Source: Fibrobacter succinogenes subsp. succinogenes S85
GTDB lineage: Bacteria; Fibrobacterota; Fibrobacteria; Fibrobacterales; Fibrobacteraceae
Assembly: GCF_000146505.1 (NCBI RefSeq)
Contig: NC_017448.1
Coordinates: 3,030,001 to 3,062,000, forward strand
Direction of reading: 5' to 3'
DNA length: 32,000 nucleotides
Below, piece after piece: positions 1 to 9,381 of the stretch. Position numbers and translations under genes: made by a program. The notes below the pieces were generated by a model. It did not search any database and was not told where the DNA came from. It was given only the letters and a program-made list of their open reading frames with translations. Positions within the stretch are counted from its first letter, which is position 1; every line of letters begins with the position of its first letter.

Positions 1-1
1 C

Positions 2-862
2 GTGGTACATGAAGTCATCGACGAACATGCGGATGTATTTCTCGTCCCACGTGAATTTGTACGTGTGGAACTGCGTGATGTCGAGGTCAAATTTCTGGTT
101 GCGGTAATCGCCGGTGTTATTGCCGTAGGTCGCGTATTCGGTGCCGTTTGCCCAGTGGTTTGTACCGTAGATTTTGTTTTCGCTATTGACTGCTTCGATG
201 ATGTCTATTTCGCCGCAGGCGGGCCATCCGACTGTGTCGAAGTTTTCGCCGAGCATCCAGAATGCAGGCCAGATTCCCTTGCCGGTCGGGAGTGCAATGC
301 GCGCTTCTACCGTGCCGTACTTGAACGCAAATTTGCCTTTGGTGAGCATGCGGGCGGAGGTGTACTTTTGACCTTCGTAGTCTTCTTTCTGGGCGCGGAT
401 GTGCAAGACGCCGTCCTTGACGTAGGCGTTTTCTTTACGGTCGGTGTAGTATTCCCATTCGTTGTTGCCCCAGCCGCTTGCGCCTGTGCCGATGTCGAAT
501 GTCCATTTGTTTAAGTCTATGGATTCACCGTCGAATTCGTCGTTCCAGAAGTATTCTGCGGCGGGTTCTTCGCTGCTTGAAGAAGTTGTTTCCGAGCTGC
601 TTGAGGAAACCGTTTCGGAACTGCTGGAAAATTCAATTGTCATGCTGCTTGAAGATGCCGCGGAGCTTTCAATGACGTTGTCGATTGAACTTGATGATGC
701 TGCGGCAATTTCAGAACTGCTTGACGATTGAACTGCCGCGCAACTTGAGGACTCCGTGGAACTTTCTGCGGGTCCCGCGAAACTGGGTGACGCATCATCG
801 GAACATGCTGCTAAACAAGCGATTAAGGCGGCACATCCCATTGCAACAAACTTATAAACCAT
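2..862 (-). CDS. GH16 family beta-glucanase (laminarinase/lichenase-like) lipoprotein; C-terminus lies beyond the window start
   Basis: Absent from the ORF track because it runs off the window edge. Reverse-strand translation from ATG at 862 gives MVYKFVAMGCAALIACLAACSDD (signal peptide plus lipobox), then a Ser-rich linker. GH16 hallmarks follow: GWGNNEWEYYT, WPACGEIDIIE (ExDxxE catalytic motif) and FHTYKFTWDEKYIRMFVDD. The frame stays open to nt 2. Confidence 0.85.
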   Translation of the reverse strand, partial: MVYKFVAMGCAALIACLAACSDDASPSFAGPAESSTESSSCAAVQSSSSSEIAAASSSSIDNVIESSAASSSSMTIEFSSSSETVSSSSSETTSSSSEEPAAEYFWNDEFDGESIDLNKWTFDIGTGASGWGNNEWEYYTDRKENAYVKDGVLHIRAQKEDYEGQKYTSARMLTKGKFAFKYGTVEARIALPTGKGIWPAFWMLGENFDTVGWPACGEIDIIEAVNSENKIYGTNHWANGTEYATYGNNTGDYRNQKFDLDITQFHTYKFTWDEKYIRMFVDDFMYH

Positions 863-886
863 AAAACCAACCCCTTACTTTTCTAA

Positions 887-1390
887 TTACTTTGCGTCCG
901 GATCTTCCGGGTGGACACGTGCAATCACGCCAACCGTTGCTCGCGTAGCCTTAACCAAGTCTGCCGGCGCTACTTTCAACTGCAAACCACGTTCGCCTGC
1001 GCTCACGTAAATGTACGGGAACTGCATCGCTGTCTCGTGAATGAAAATGGGGTAGTTCTTCTTGAGTCCGAGCGGGCTGCAGCCGCCACGAATGTAACCC
1101 GTCAGCGGAGTCAAATCCTTGAGCGGGACGGTGTCGATTTTCTTGTTGCCGCTTACTTTGGCAGCCCCCTTCAAGTCCACTTCGAGATTGCCTGGAACAA
1201 CGCAAATAAGGTAACCAATCTTGTCTCCATGCACGAGAATCGTCTTGAAAACCTGGTTGATATCTTCGCCTAGGCTGTCGGCCACGTGCTGTGCGCCAAG
1301 GTCGTTTTCATCAACCTTGTATGGGATTAGTTCGTATTGAATCTTCTGCCTGTCCAAAATGCGGGCGGCATTAGTCTTTTTGATGTCCAT
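887..1390 (-). CDS. ybaK: YbaK/EbsC-type Cys-tRNA(Pro) deacylase
   Basis: C-terminal 167 aa of track ORF 887..1945. It starts at ATG 1390 (MDIKKTNAARILD...) and contains GYIRGGCSPLG and YVSAGERG, typical of YbaK/ProX editing domains. The upstream 185 aa of the track ORF are antisense to the GGDEF gene and look non-coding. Confidence 0.8.
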   Translation of the reverse strand: MDIKKTNAARILDRQKIQYELIPYKVDENDLGAQHVADSLGEDINQVFKTILVHGDKIGYLICVVPGNLEVDLKGAAKVSGNKKIDTVPLKDLTPLTGYIRGGCSPLGLKKNYPIFIHETAMQFPYIYVSAGERGLQLKVAPADLVKATRATVGVIARVHPEDPDAK

Positions 1391-1534
1391 AAATTCCTCA
1401 AAAGCGGGTTTAAACCCCTTGAATATTCCAATTTCAAATATAAATCTTTGAGGGTACCGGTTGCAATAGTTGTAAGTGAAAGCTAAATTAAAAAAGTGTA
1501 GTTGTATGGTGTTTTGGTGGAGAAGGAGTATTCT

Positions 1535-2404
1535 ATGGACGTAATGAAGATTGACTATGACTTGTTCAAGAAAATCTTGAAAGAGATTCCATCGAATATT
1601 TTCTTCAAGGACACCGAATGCCGCTACGTTTTTTCGACGCATTACTGGCGCCACCTTCAAGGTGCCGAGGATCCTTCGTGGGATATTGCCGGCAAGACCG
1701 ACCTGGAAATCCGCAAGGATAAGGAAAACGCAAAACTCGCGATGGAACAGGATCGCGAAATTCTCCGTACAGGCAAGGGAACGCAGTACGTCATTGAAAT
1801 CAATCAGGATGGCGTGACTGAATTTTTGGAACTCATCAAGAATCCGGTTCGCGATGACGATGGCAATATTATTGGTATTGTGGGTCTTATCAACAACGTG
1901 ACCGAAAAAGTCTTGCTCGAAAAGAAACTCGAAAAGTATGCTCACACCGACATGCTCACGGGCTTGTACAACCGTAATTATTTTGAAGAATGGGTTTCGA
2001 ACCCTGTAAAACCAGAAATGTGTCCGATGTGCGTGATTTCTGCGGACTGCGACGGTTTAAAGAAAACGAACGATACGTACGGACATGCTATCGGCGATGA
2101 ACTGATTCGCCTGACGGCATCGCTGTTCCGCGTGGTGCTCCCTGAAAATGCGGTGATGTTCCGCGTGGGCGGTGACGAGTTCTTCCTTGTGCTCCCGAAT
2201 ACGACGCAAGAAGAATGCAAAAAGTATATCGACAACATGAACGAAGTTTCTCGTGCGTTGCTTTTGAAGGGCAAGCCGATTTGCGTTTCTTTGGGCTCTT
2301 GCGAAATTCCGTCGCCGTCACTCAGCTTTATGCAGGCTATGGAAACTGCTGATAAGCGAATGTACATGGAAAAGAGTACAAAGTACTCTGAGCCGAAAGA
2401 GTAA
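1535..2404 (+). CDS. PAS-domain diguanylate cyclase (GGDEF)
   Basis: ATG at 1535 is preceded by GGAGAAGGAG; the track start at 1502 is a TTG. The N-terminal half is PAS-like (FFKDTECRYVF...GIVGLINNVTEK). The C-terminal half has DMLTGLYNRNYF, GHAIGDELI and RVGGDEFFLVL (intact GGDEF). Confidence 0.85.
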   Translation: MDVMKIDYDLFKKILKEIPSNIFFKDTECRYVFSTHYWRHLQGAEDPSWDIAGKTDLEIRKDKENAKLAMEQDREILRTGKGTQYVIEINQDGVTEFLELIKNPVRDDDGNIIGIVGLINNVTEKVLLEKKLEKYAHTDMLTGLYNRNYFEEWVSNPVKPEMCPMCVISADCDGLKKTNDTYGHAIGDELIRLTASLFRVVLPENAVMFRVGGDEFFLVLPNTTQEECKKYIDNMNEVSRALLLKGKPICVSLGSCEIPSPSLSFMQAMETADKRMYMEKSTKYSEPKE

Positions 2405-2429
2405 TTGAAGTTTGAATGATAGATTTCCC

Positions 2430-3335
2430 ATGAAGCGAAATTATAAGGCGGTGCTGTTTGGCAATGGCACCATGGGCGAACGCCATCGCAAGTTTTTTGA
2501 ATATTCCGGTGTACAGTTCCTTAAAATTTTTGACATAGAAGATTTGGATAGCGCAGGGAATGTGCGTGCTTCGCTTGTTGATGAATTTATTTCTAGCGAA
2601 AAGATTGATTTTGCCGTGATTGCATCTCCGGCGACAACGCATTACGAGTATGCAAAGCTTTGTTTGAAACGTGGAATCTCCGTATTTGTAGAAAAACCGC
2701 TTGCAACGCTTGGTGCGCAAGCGCAAGAATTGGTGGATTTGGCTATCCGCAATAATGTGATTTTATTTGTGGCTCAGTCGGAATGTTTTAATTCGGTTTT
2801 CTTGAATTTCCGCAAACATTTTATGAATGAAATCGGAGCCGCGGGTTCGTCGTTCCGTTTGGAATTCCGTCGCGAACACAAGTATTCTGCGCGTTGCCGC
2901 GATGTGAACGTGGCGCTCGATTTGTTGGTGCATGACTTGAGCCTTTGCCTTTCGATGTTTGCCTATGACGATTTGAATGTGGAAAAGTTCACGATTTCAA
3001 AAAACGAAGACCGCGCGCAAATGCAGATAAGCATTGTAAAAGGCGCTTATGCTGGGGCTGAACTCGACTTTATTGTAGACCGCAATAGCGATATCGATGT
3101 GCGGACTATCTCTGTGGAATTCGGGGGCGATGGTGGCCCAGCTTGCGATTACTCGGTGAGCCTTGCACCGAATGACGAAAATGGCGAGGTTATCCATGTT
3201 TCGGATTCGCTCGAAAACGAACACAAGTTCTTTTTGAAGTTGATGGTGGGCGCCTGTTCTGAATGGGGTAGGCGAGCCGCGCAAAGCGCCGCGAACGCCG
3301 TCAAGCTCGCGACAATTTCTACAGCGTCATCCTAA
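2430..3335 (+). CDS. Gfo/Idh/MocA-family NAD(P)-dependent oxidoreductase
   Basis: N-terminal Rossmann signature KAVLFGNGTMGERH, followed by VIASPATTHYEYAKLCLKRGISVFVEKPLA, typical of this family. ATG 2430 is preferred over the TTG at 2412. Confidence 0.65.
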   Translation: MKRNYKAVLFGNGTMGERHRKFFEYSGVQFLKIFDIEDLDSAGNVRASLVDEFISSEKIDFAVIASPATTHYEYAKLCLKRGISVFVEKPLATLGAQAQELVDLAIRNNVILFVAQSECFNSVFLNFRKHFMNEIGAAGSSFRLEFRREHKYSARCRDVNVALDLLVHDLSLCLSMFAYDDLNVEKFTISKNEDRAQMQISIVKGAYAGAELDFIVDRNSDIDVRTISVEFGGDGGPACDYSVSLAPNDENGEVIHVSDSLENEHKFFLKLMVGACSEWGRRAAQSAANAVKLATISTASS

Positions 3336-3463
3336 ACGAAACAATTATTCGTCACTAAAAAAGTCCGCGACTTTCATCGCGAACTCTTCTGTAATAACGT
3401 TTTAACCTGCGTCTACTTTCGTCTTTCGTCTGTAGGACCGCAGGTCCGTTCTTTCGTCTAAGC

Positions 3464-5938
3464 TTACAGCTTAATGCTGCACGGCTTGGCGTTCCAGATT
3501 TCTTCGGCGTACTGCTTGATGGTACGGTCGGAGCTGAACTTGCCCATACGAGCGACGTTGAGGATTGCCATTTCCGCCCAGTGCTTCTTGTCCTGGTAAG
3601 CATCGGCAACCTTCTTCTGCATATCCACATAGCTGCGGAAGTCTGCGCAGAGCATGTACGGGTCATGCGACAAGAGCTTTTCTGCAATGTGCTTGAAGGT
3701 TTCCGGATGATCCGGGCTGAAGAAGCCAGAAGTGATAAGGTCAATTACGCGGCGGAGATCGTCGTCATGTTCGTAGAAGTCGCGCGGACGGTAACCCTTA
3801 GCGAGAAGGTCCGTCACTTCTTCAACGGTGAGACCGAAGATGAAGATGTTGTCGTCACCGACTTCTTCCTTCATTTCCACGTTAGCGCCGTCGAGCGTAC
3901 CAATCGTGAGAGCGCCGTTCAAAGCAAACTTCATGTTACCCGTACCCGAAGCTTCGGTACCAGCGGTAGAAATCTGTTCGGAAAGGTCTGCGGCTGGGAT
4001 GATCTTTTCGGCGAAGGACACGCGGTAGTTCTCGAGGAACACCATCTTGAGCTTGCCCTTGCAATCCGGATCAGCGTCGATGATAGAAGCCACAGCGTTA
4101 GCAAGACGGATAATCTGCTTAGCCATCCAGTAACCCGGAGCGGACTTACCACCGATCATGATGGTGCGCGGCATGATTTCCTTGCCGTCCTTCACCTGGA
4201 TGTAAAGGTGGATGGCATGGAGAATGTTCAAGAGCTGGCGCTTGTATTCGTGAATACGCTTGACCTGCACGTCGAAGAACGTGTTCGTGTCGACATCGAC
4301 ATTCTGCGTTGCCTTGAGGTACTTGGCGAGGCGTTCCTTGTTCTGCTTCTTGACTTCCATGAATTTCTTCTGGAAATCGGCGTCCTTGGCGAACTTTTCG
4401 AGCTTCTTCAAATCGTCCAAATCCTTGACCCAGGATTCGCCAATCTTAGAAGTGATGAGTTCGGACATAGCCGGGTTAGCCTTGCGGACCCAACGACGCG
4501 GTGTCACGCCGTTTGTCTTGTTGTTGAACTTTTCAGGCCACAGTTCGTAGAAGTCTTTGAAGAGCGTGGTCTTGAGGAGGTCGGAGTGGAGTGCTGCTAC
4601 GCCGTTCACAGCAAAGGAACCCACGATGGAGAGGTATGCCATGCGGACCATCTTGCAGCCGCCTTCTTCGATAAGGCTCATGCGGGCGAGACGAGCGTTG
4701 TCGCCAGGCCACTTCATGGAAACCATGCGGAGGAAGCGGGCATTGATTTCGTAAATGATCTGGAGGTGACGCGGCAAGAGCTTTTCGAACAAGCTTACCG
4801 GCCACTTTTCAAGAGCTTCCGGCATGAGCGTGTGGTTCGTATAAGCGAACGTGTGCGTTACGATGTCCCAAGCTTCGTCCCATTCGAGGTTTTCGATGTC
4901 GAGGAGGATGCGCATCATTTCGGCGATAGAAATTGCCGGGTGCGTATCGTTCAACTGGATGGCGACCTTTTCCGGGAAGAGCTTCCAATCGTTGTTGTGG
5001 AGCTTCTTGAAGCGCTTGATGATGTCCTGCAAAGAAGCAGAGCAGAGGAAGTACTGCTGCTTGAGGCGGAGTTCCTTACCGTTCATGGAAGCGTCGTTCG
5101 GGTACAAGACCTTGGAAATCGTTTCGGAAAGTTCCATGTCCTGCACAGCGGCGATGTAGTCACCGTTGTTGAAGTAGCTAAGACCGAAGTCGTCAGCGGA
5201 CTTGGCGCTCCAGAGGCGGAGGTTGTTCACTGTGTTGTTCTTGTAACCCGGGATCGGCGTATCGTACGGGAGGGCCATCACGTAGTCCTTCGTTTCCCAG
5301 CGGTTGCGGAGGCGACCGTTTTCGTCCATCCAGCTGACCACGTAGCCGTAGAACGGCACCTTGATAGCGTTAGCCGGGCGGGCGATTTCCCACGGGTTCG
5401 GGAGGCGCAGCCAGTTATCCGGCTGTTCTTCCTGTTCGCCGTTCACAATCTTCTGGCTGAACATACCGTATTCGTAACGGATGCCCATACCGGTTGCCGG
5501 AAGTTCGAGCGTAGCCATGGAGTCGAGGAAGCAAGCTGCCAAACGGCCAAGACCGCCGTTGCCAAGCCCTGCGTCCACTTCCTGTTCGCGGAGTTCTTCG
5601 AGCGTCATGCCGATTTCGTCAAGAGCTTCCGTCACGGCGCTTTCGACGTCGAGGTTCAACACGGAGTTGCCGAGCGTACGGCCAATCAAAAATTCGAGAG
5701 AGAGGTAATAGACGCGCTTGACGTCTTTTTCGTAATAGGTGTTCTGCGTCTTGATCCAACGGTCAACAAGACGGTCACGCACGGCGTAAGCCACAGCGAG
5801 GAACTTTTCGTGGTCCGTCACCGTGTACTTGCTGCGGGCGAGCGTGTGGTGGATGTGGTCGGTAAATGCCTTGCGGAAGGCTTCCGCATCGGTACCGAGC
5901 ACGGTAATGTCACTTGCATTCTTGGTAGTTTTAGCCAT
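3464..5938 (-). CDS. glgP: glycogen/maltodextrin phosphorylase (GT35)
   Basis: 824 aa with LGNGGLGRLAACFLDS, NDTHPA and the PLP-lysine region EASGTGNMKFALNGALTIGTLDGANVE. Full length for the family. Confidence 0.95.
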   Translation of the reverse strand: MAKTTKNASDITVLGTDAEAFRKAFTDHIHHTLARSKYTVTDHEKFLAVAYAVRDRLVDRWIKTQNTYYEKDVKRVYYLSLEFLIGRTLGNSVLNLDVESAVTEALDEIGMTLEELREQEVDAGLGNGGLGRLAACFLDSMATLELPATGMGIRYEYGMFSQKIVNGEQEEQPDNWLRLPNPWEIARPANAIKVPFYGYVVSWMDENGRLRNRWETKDYVMALPYDTPIPGYKNNTVNNLRLWSAKSADDFGLSYFNNGDYIAAVQDMELSETISKVLYPNDASMNGKELRLKQQYFLCSASLQDIIKRFKKLHNNDWKLFPEKVAIQLNDTHPAISIAEMMRILLDIENLEWDEAWDIVTHTFAYTNHTLMPEALEKWPVSLFEKLLPRHLQIIYEINARFLRMVSMKWPGDNARLARMSLIEEGGCKMVRMAYLSIVGSFAVNGVAALHSDLLKTTLFKDFYELWPEKFNNKTNGVTPRRWVRKANPAMSELITSKIGESWVKDLDDLKKLEKFAKDADFQKKFMEVKKQNKERLAKYLKATQNVDVDTNTFFDVQVKRIHEYKRQLLNILHAIHLYIQVKDGKEIMPRTIMIGGKSAPGYWMAKQIIRLANAVASIIDADPDCKGKLKMVFLENYRVSFAEKIIPAADLSEQISTAGTEASGTGNMKFALNGALTIGTLDGANVEMKEEVGDDNIFIFGLTVEEVTDLLAKGYRPRDFYEHDDDLRRVIDLITSGFFSPDHPETFKHIAEKLLSHDPYMLCADFRSYVDMQKKVADAYQDKKHWAEMAILNVARMGKFSSDRTIKQYAEEIWNAKPCSIKL

Positions 5939-6065
5939 AAATCTAACCTGCCTGGTATTGTTTATTCAATCCAAGGAAAAGTTTAGAAATTTTTACGAGA
6001 TTTGCAATACGTTAATTCTGTAAACCACAGTTGTAAGCCTTTCCAGAATGTGTAAAGGATGTGGG

Positions 6066-7085
6066 CTATCGATGGGAGTATGTGCTGTATAGGAAACCTG
6101 AAAAATCGTATAGGCGATTGCGGAGCGAAATTGGCTTGATGACTGTGGCGCTGTCCGCGTACGAAAGAACCCAACGGTAAAGTAGTTCGTTTGCCTCGAC
6201 CTTCATCGTGACGCGTAATTGACCGTTTTTCAGCTCCTCGACTTTCATGGAACGGTGGAACGGCTTTTCATCAAGGTAGAATTTGGCGCTTGGGTCGAAA
6301 ATGATTTCGACATCTTCGGCTTTCGGATCTTGCGTGCCTAAAATAGCGGAACCGAGCATGACACGCTTGCGGAGTGTTTCGATAACTTTAGGATTTTCTT
6401 GGAATGTTTCTTTGGTGAGCTCGACGCTTTTGATGCGACGGAACTTGAGAACGTACGTCTTACCCGGATTGCTTTGCGATTCGCAGCCGATGTAAATCTC
6501 GTTTTGATAAATGATGATCATCAGCGGAATGCGCACTTTCTTTTCCACTTTTTCTGGGGTAGCGTATTCCACTAGAATTTTACGGTGATCGTGAATGGCT
6601 CGCAAAATGGTCTTGAGTTTGTCGCTCGCGTCTTCCTCGAAATTTGGTGGTGTTCCCATAAAGAGAATTTTTGTATTCAGAGCATCGGAAACTTGCTGGA
6701 GCGCTTTCCGTTCGCTTGCTGGCAGAGTCTTGTTGATCTTTTCAAGCAATGCGAAAATCAGTTCGCTTGTCGCGGGGTAGATGTTGGCAATGCGCTGCAA
6801 GAATACGAAATGCAGCATCGTGTTTTCAAAATTCGGGAACAGCAGGCGGTCTGCCGTCTTGATGGCGGACTGATAGGCGAATGAACGCCCTTTGCCGTGC
6901 GTTTGTATGTACGCTCCGTTGTTCATGGACACGAGAAAGCTCATGTCGCGCTGCACATTGCGGCGTTCTCCCTCTGGAATCTGCAACACTTCCATCAAAT
7001 TACTGATGGAATAGCTCTTGTCTGGATTCGAAATCAAGTGAGCAAAAAGTTGAACAGTGCGTTCCCCGCGAGTTTTCTCTGCCAT
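6066..7085 (-). CDS. WYL-domain transcriptional regulator (wHTH-WYL-WCX architecture, BrxR/CapW-like)
   Basis: N-terminal wHTH-like segment (YSISNLMEVLQIPEGERRNVQRDMSFL). Central WYL-like core (KILVEYATPEK..VRIPLMIIIYQNEIYIGCES..KTYVLKFRRIKSVELTKETF). C-terminal WCX-like end (LLYRWVLSYADSATVIKPISLRNRL). An AGAGG RBS lies 9 nt after the rhuM stop, so the two genes are probably co-transcribed. Confidence 0.75.
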   Translation of the reverse strand: MAEKTRGERTVQLFAHLISNPDKSYSISNLMEVLQIPEGERRNVQRDMSFLVSMNNGAYIQTHGKGRSFAYQSAIKTADRLLFPNFENTMLHFVFLQRIANIYPATSELIFALLEKINKTLPASERKALQQVSDALNTKILFMGTPPNFEEDASDKLKTILRAIHDHRKILVEYATPEKVEKKVRIPLMIIIYQNEIYIGCESQSNPGKTYVLKFRRIKSVELTKETFQENPKVIETLRKRVMLGSAILGTQDPKAEDVEIIFDPSAKFYLDEKPFHRSMKVEELKNGQLRVTMKVEANELLYRWVLSYADSATVIKPISLRNRLYDFSGFLYSTYSHR

Positions 7086-7094
7086 AATAAACCT

Positions 7095-8093
7095 CTAAAT
7101 TTTGTTTGACAGCTTCTTCGTCTCTTCCAAGAACAGATCGAAATCGCTTTTCAAATTAGCCAATTCCTTTTGGCGGAAAAGCTTGTATTCATGTTCCGCT
7201 TTCTCCATAGCTTCGTCGTGGCTTATTTTGCCTTTGCCTTCCAAAATTTTCCGCTGGCTCATGATGATTTGATTGTCGAGAGCTTTAACCCAGTCCTGCA
7301 TTTTCATGGGCTTTTCATCCAAGGCTTGCAATTCGGCGAAATCAAGGAATTGCGATACCATCAGATTCAAACGCTGGAGTTCTTTTTCCGAAAGGTAGTT
7401 TTTTGCGATTTTTACATCGTCTTCTGTGATGTAGTCGCCCCTGAAATTTGTCATGCCAACGAATGGTTTCTCGCTGTCAACTCGCTCGTAGATAAGCTCT
7501 GCTGCGGTATGTTCGTGAACTGCGTAATGCAGTTTGTTTTGAACGGTAGCAAAGAAATCCTTCGTAATTTTTTTGCGGGGATCGTAGTCGATGGACGTTG
7601 CGTAGATGTCCGTGACTTGCTGATAGAAATTGCGTTCTGATGAACGGATGTCGCGGATTCTCTGCAAAAGTTCCTTGAAATAGCGGTTCCTGCCATTTTT
7701 GAGCCTTTCGTCGTCAAGGGAGAACCCCTTCTGGATGAATTCATGCAACCTTGCTGTGGCCCACCGTCTGAACCTTGTGGCAACAGGGGATTGGACACGA
7801 TAGCCGATGGCGATGATGACATCGAGGTTGTAATGAGCGATCTTTCGATGAACCTGTCGTTTCCCCTCTTGTTGAACTAACAAGAAATCCTTGTGAGTTG
7901 CCTCCTTGGGCAGTTCCTCGTCCTTGTATATGTTGTCGATGTGCAGGCTTATATTTTGCTGAGAGGTTTCATACAGCTCGGCTAGCTGAACCTGTGTCAC
8001 CCATACATCTTCGTCGGCAAAACGCACGGAAATATCTGTATTGCCGTCTTTGTCGTGGTAAAGCAGAAAAGTGTTTTCTAATTCGTTCTTCAT
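7095..8093 (-). CDS. RhuM-family protein (DNA-binding/virulence-associated family common in defence islands)
   Basis: From ATG 8093 (the track start at 8102 is a GTG). Contains ISVRFADEDVWVTQVQLAELYETSQQNISLHIDNIYKDEEL, HYNLDVIIAIGYRVQSPVATRFRRWATARLHEFIQKGF and LDDERLKNG, which match the RhuM family consensus from memory. Confidence 0.8.
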   Translation of the reverse strand: MKNELENTFLLYHDKDGNTDISVRFADEDVWVTQVQLAELYETSQQNISLHIDNIYKDEELPKEATHKDFLLVQQEGKRQVHRKIAHYNLDVIIAIGYRVQSPVATRFRRWATARLHEFIQKGFSLDDERLKNGRNRYFKELLQRIRDIRSSERNFYQQVTDIYATSIDYDPRKKITKDFFATVQNKLHYAVHEHTAAELIYERVDSEKPFVGMTNFRGDYITEDDVKIAKNYLSEKELQRLNLMVSQFLDFAELQALDEKPMKMQDWVKALDNQIIMSQRKILEGKGKISHDEAMEKAEHEYKLFRQKELANLKSDFDLFLEETKKLSNKI

Positions 8094-8103
8094 ACTGCAC
8101 AAA

Positions 8104-8131
8104 TATATACTGTAATGTTTGGCTCTGTCAA
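8104..8131 (-). promoter_or_regulatory. sigma70-like promoter candidate for the rhuM-WYL operon
   Basis: Minus strand reads TTGACA-16 nt-TATATA, ending about 10 nt upstream of ATG 8093. Confidence 0.3.
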
Positions 8132-8228
8132 GTCGATCCGTGTAATTTTTATAAAACTGCGTAAATGCTAGGTCACAAAATCAATTAAGTCCAAATACAT
8201 CATACGAGTTTTAAGAGATTGACATTCA

Positions 8229-8393
8229 TCAATGTGGAAAGCTTCTTTTCCCCAAAAGTTGCTTGGAATAGAGATAGGCGTCATTTTTGAAAAAATCGTC
8301 TAAATCGCTATCGCCACATTGAAACGAAGAAAGGTCTGTTTTACTATCGATGGGGTAGATTGTGCAATCAGATGCTAAAAGGATTCTTTCCAT
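8229..8393 (-). pseudogene. truncated N-terminal fragment of a GNAT-type (TacT/KacT-like) toxin, with an overlapping short RHH-like antitoxin remnant upstream
   Basis: The 54-aa ORF MERILLASDCTIYPIDSKTDLSSFQCGDSDLDDFFKNDAYLYSKQLLGKRSFPH* carries the F-x-CG-x3-LDxF motif that opens GNAT toxins, then stops before any acetyl-CoA binding core. A 34-codon frame (..NFAQIDEMVARTHSYQEAHNGKNPFSI*) overlaps its start in typical TA geometry. TTGACT-17-TAAATT lies upstream at about 8480-8510. Confidence 0.35.
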
Positions 8394-8639
8394 TATGAGC
8401 CTCTTGATAAGAATGGGTACGAGCGACCATTTCGTCGATTTGGGCGAAATTCAAGAGCCATAACTCCTCCACAATTTAGATTTATTTAGAGTTATAGTCA
8501 ACATCGGTTAATTCTCCTTTCCCCGCGGACACGCAAAAACAGCGAGGCTTTAAAAACTATAAAATGCTCATATGAGCACTAGAAAATATAAATCCGTAAA
8601 TAGCGATTGTCAAGAGCCGCGAAAAAAAATTCCCTATAC

Positions 8640-8670
8640 TCAAATTACGACATTATTTGTCGCAGTAAAA
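8640..8670 (+). repeat. 31-nt element TCAAATTACGACATTATTTGTCGCAGTAAAA, left copy; candidate operator/promoter-proximal element 51 nt upstream of ATG 8722
   Basis: Perfect reverse complement of 17712-17742. Contains an internal dyad CGACA-TTATT-TGTCG. It is followed by GAAGAATAACAA, which resembles GAGATATAACAA after the other copy. Confidence 0.6.
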
Positions 8671-8721
8671 TAGTAATTTTGAAGAATAACAATTTTACGA
8701 GAAAAACATAAAAGAGGCTTT

Positions 8722-9381
8722 ATGAGAGGACGTTACATCTATCAATTGGCGGCGACAATCCTGCCGAACGGCTTAGGGCGCGAAACGGTCGTGCACGACT
8801 TGGGTATTTTCACATCGCTTCGCACCGCCGAAAAAATTATGCGCGAGTATGTCACGGAGGGCAACTTCTATTGCCCCGTCTACAGTTTTTCCATCATGTT
8901 CCTACCGGTGAACGATGATTTGGAATATCAGTCTGAACGCCAAATCAATATCTATTCGCCTGCGGGTGAATTGCAAATTTCGGAATTCAACATGATTTCT
9001 TGCAATGGCGCTTGGAGTAACCGAATGAATATTGACATCAGAGCCATCATTGATATTGGACCGTTTAAAAAGCCGTATTTTGTTCTGTACAATCATTGGC
9101 GTCGTGGGCTTGCGACCAAGTGCGCCCGCATTTCTTTTTTGGAGCCTAAATACGAACTGGGCGCGTCGTACAACAAATCGGTTTGGTTCCTGGATGAAAA
9201 TGAGAAAAAGATGCTCGTCAGGTTTTTGAAAGCGGGGAAACATTCTCCGCATGAAGCTGAACCCTCAAATAATTGGCGACTTGCCATCGGAGCCTTCAAC
9301 AACGAAGTCCGAAACGATGACGATAGTCGCATTTTGCCTTATGACCTCCCGATTCCTGACTACACAAAACTGGAGCCGTGA
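8722..9381 (+). CDS. hypothetical protein (219 aa), first gene of the plus-strand string
   Basis: ORF with RBS AAGAGG 5 nt upstream of the ATG. No motif I recognise. Its stop overlaps the next start (GTGATGA). Confidence 0.6.
   Translation: MRGRYIYQLAATILPNGLGRETVVHDLGIFTSLRTAEKIMREYVTEGNFYCPVYSFSIMFLPVNDDLEYQSERQINIYSPAGELQISEFNMISCNGAWSNRMNIDIRAIIDIGPFKKPYFVLYNHWRRGLATKCARISFLEPKYELGASYNKSVWFLDENEKKMLVRFLKAGKHSPHEAEPSNNWRLAIGAFNNEVRNDDDSRILPYDLPIPDYTKLEP

Noticed and set aside
2-514. 170-aa plus-strand ORF at the window start (and 462..731 +)
   Set aside because: The opposite strand encodes a clear GH16 enzyme with catalytic motifs. The plus-strand translation is V/F/A-rich nonsense.
1391-1945. 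N-terminal 185-aa extension of track ORF 887..1945
   Set aside because: The YbaK homology begins at Met 1390. The extension overlaps the PAS-GGDEF gene in antisense and has no similarity to anything recognisable.
3416-3459. Three copies of CTTTCGTCT around a GGACC-GCA-GGTCC hairpin between the oxidoreductase and glgP genes
   Set aside because: The repeats are very short and the hairpin is 5 bp without a U-tract. This cannot be distinguished from chance or a weak bidirectional terminator.
3581-5986. 801-aa ORF on the plus strand
   Set aside because: It is entirely antisense to the unambiguous glgP gene. The translation is low-complexity (V/E/R/H-rich) with no motifs. Long stop-free antisense frames are a known by-product of codon bias in GC-rich third positions.
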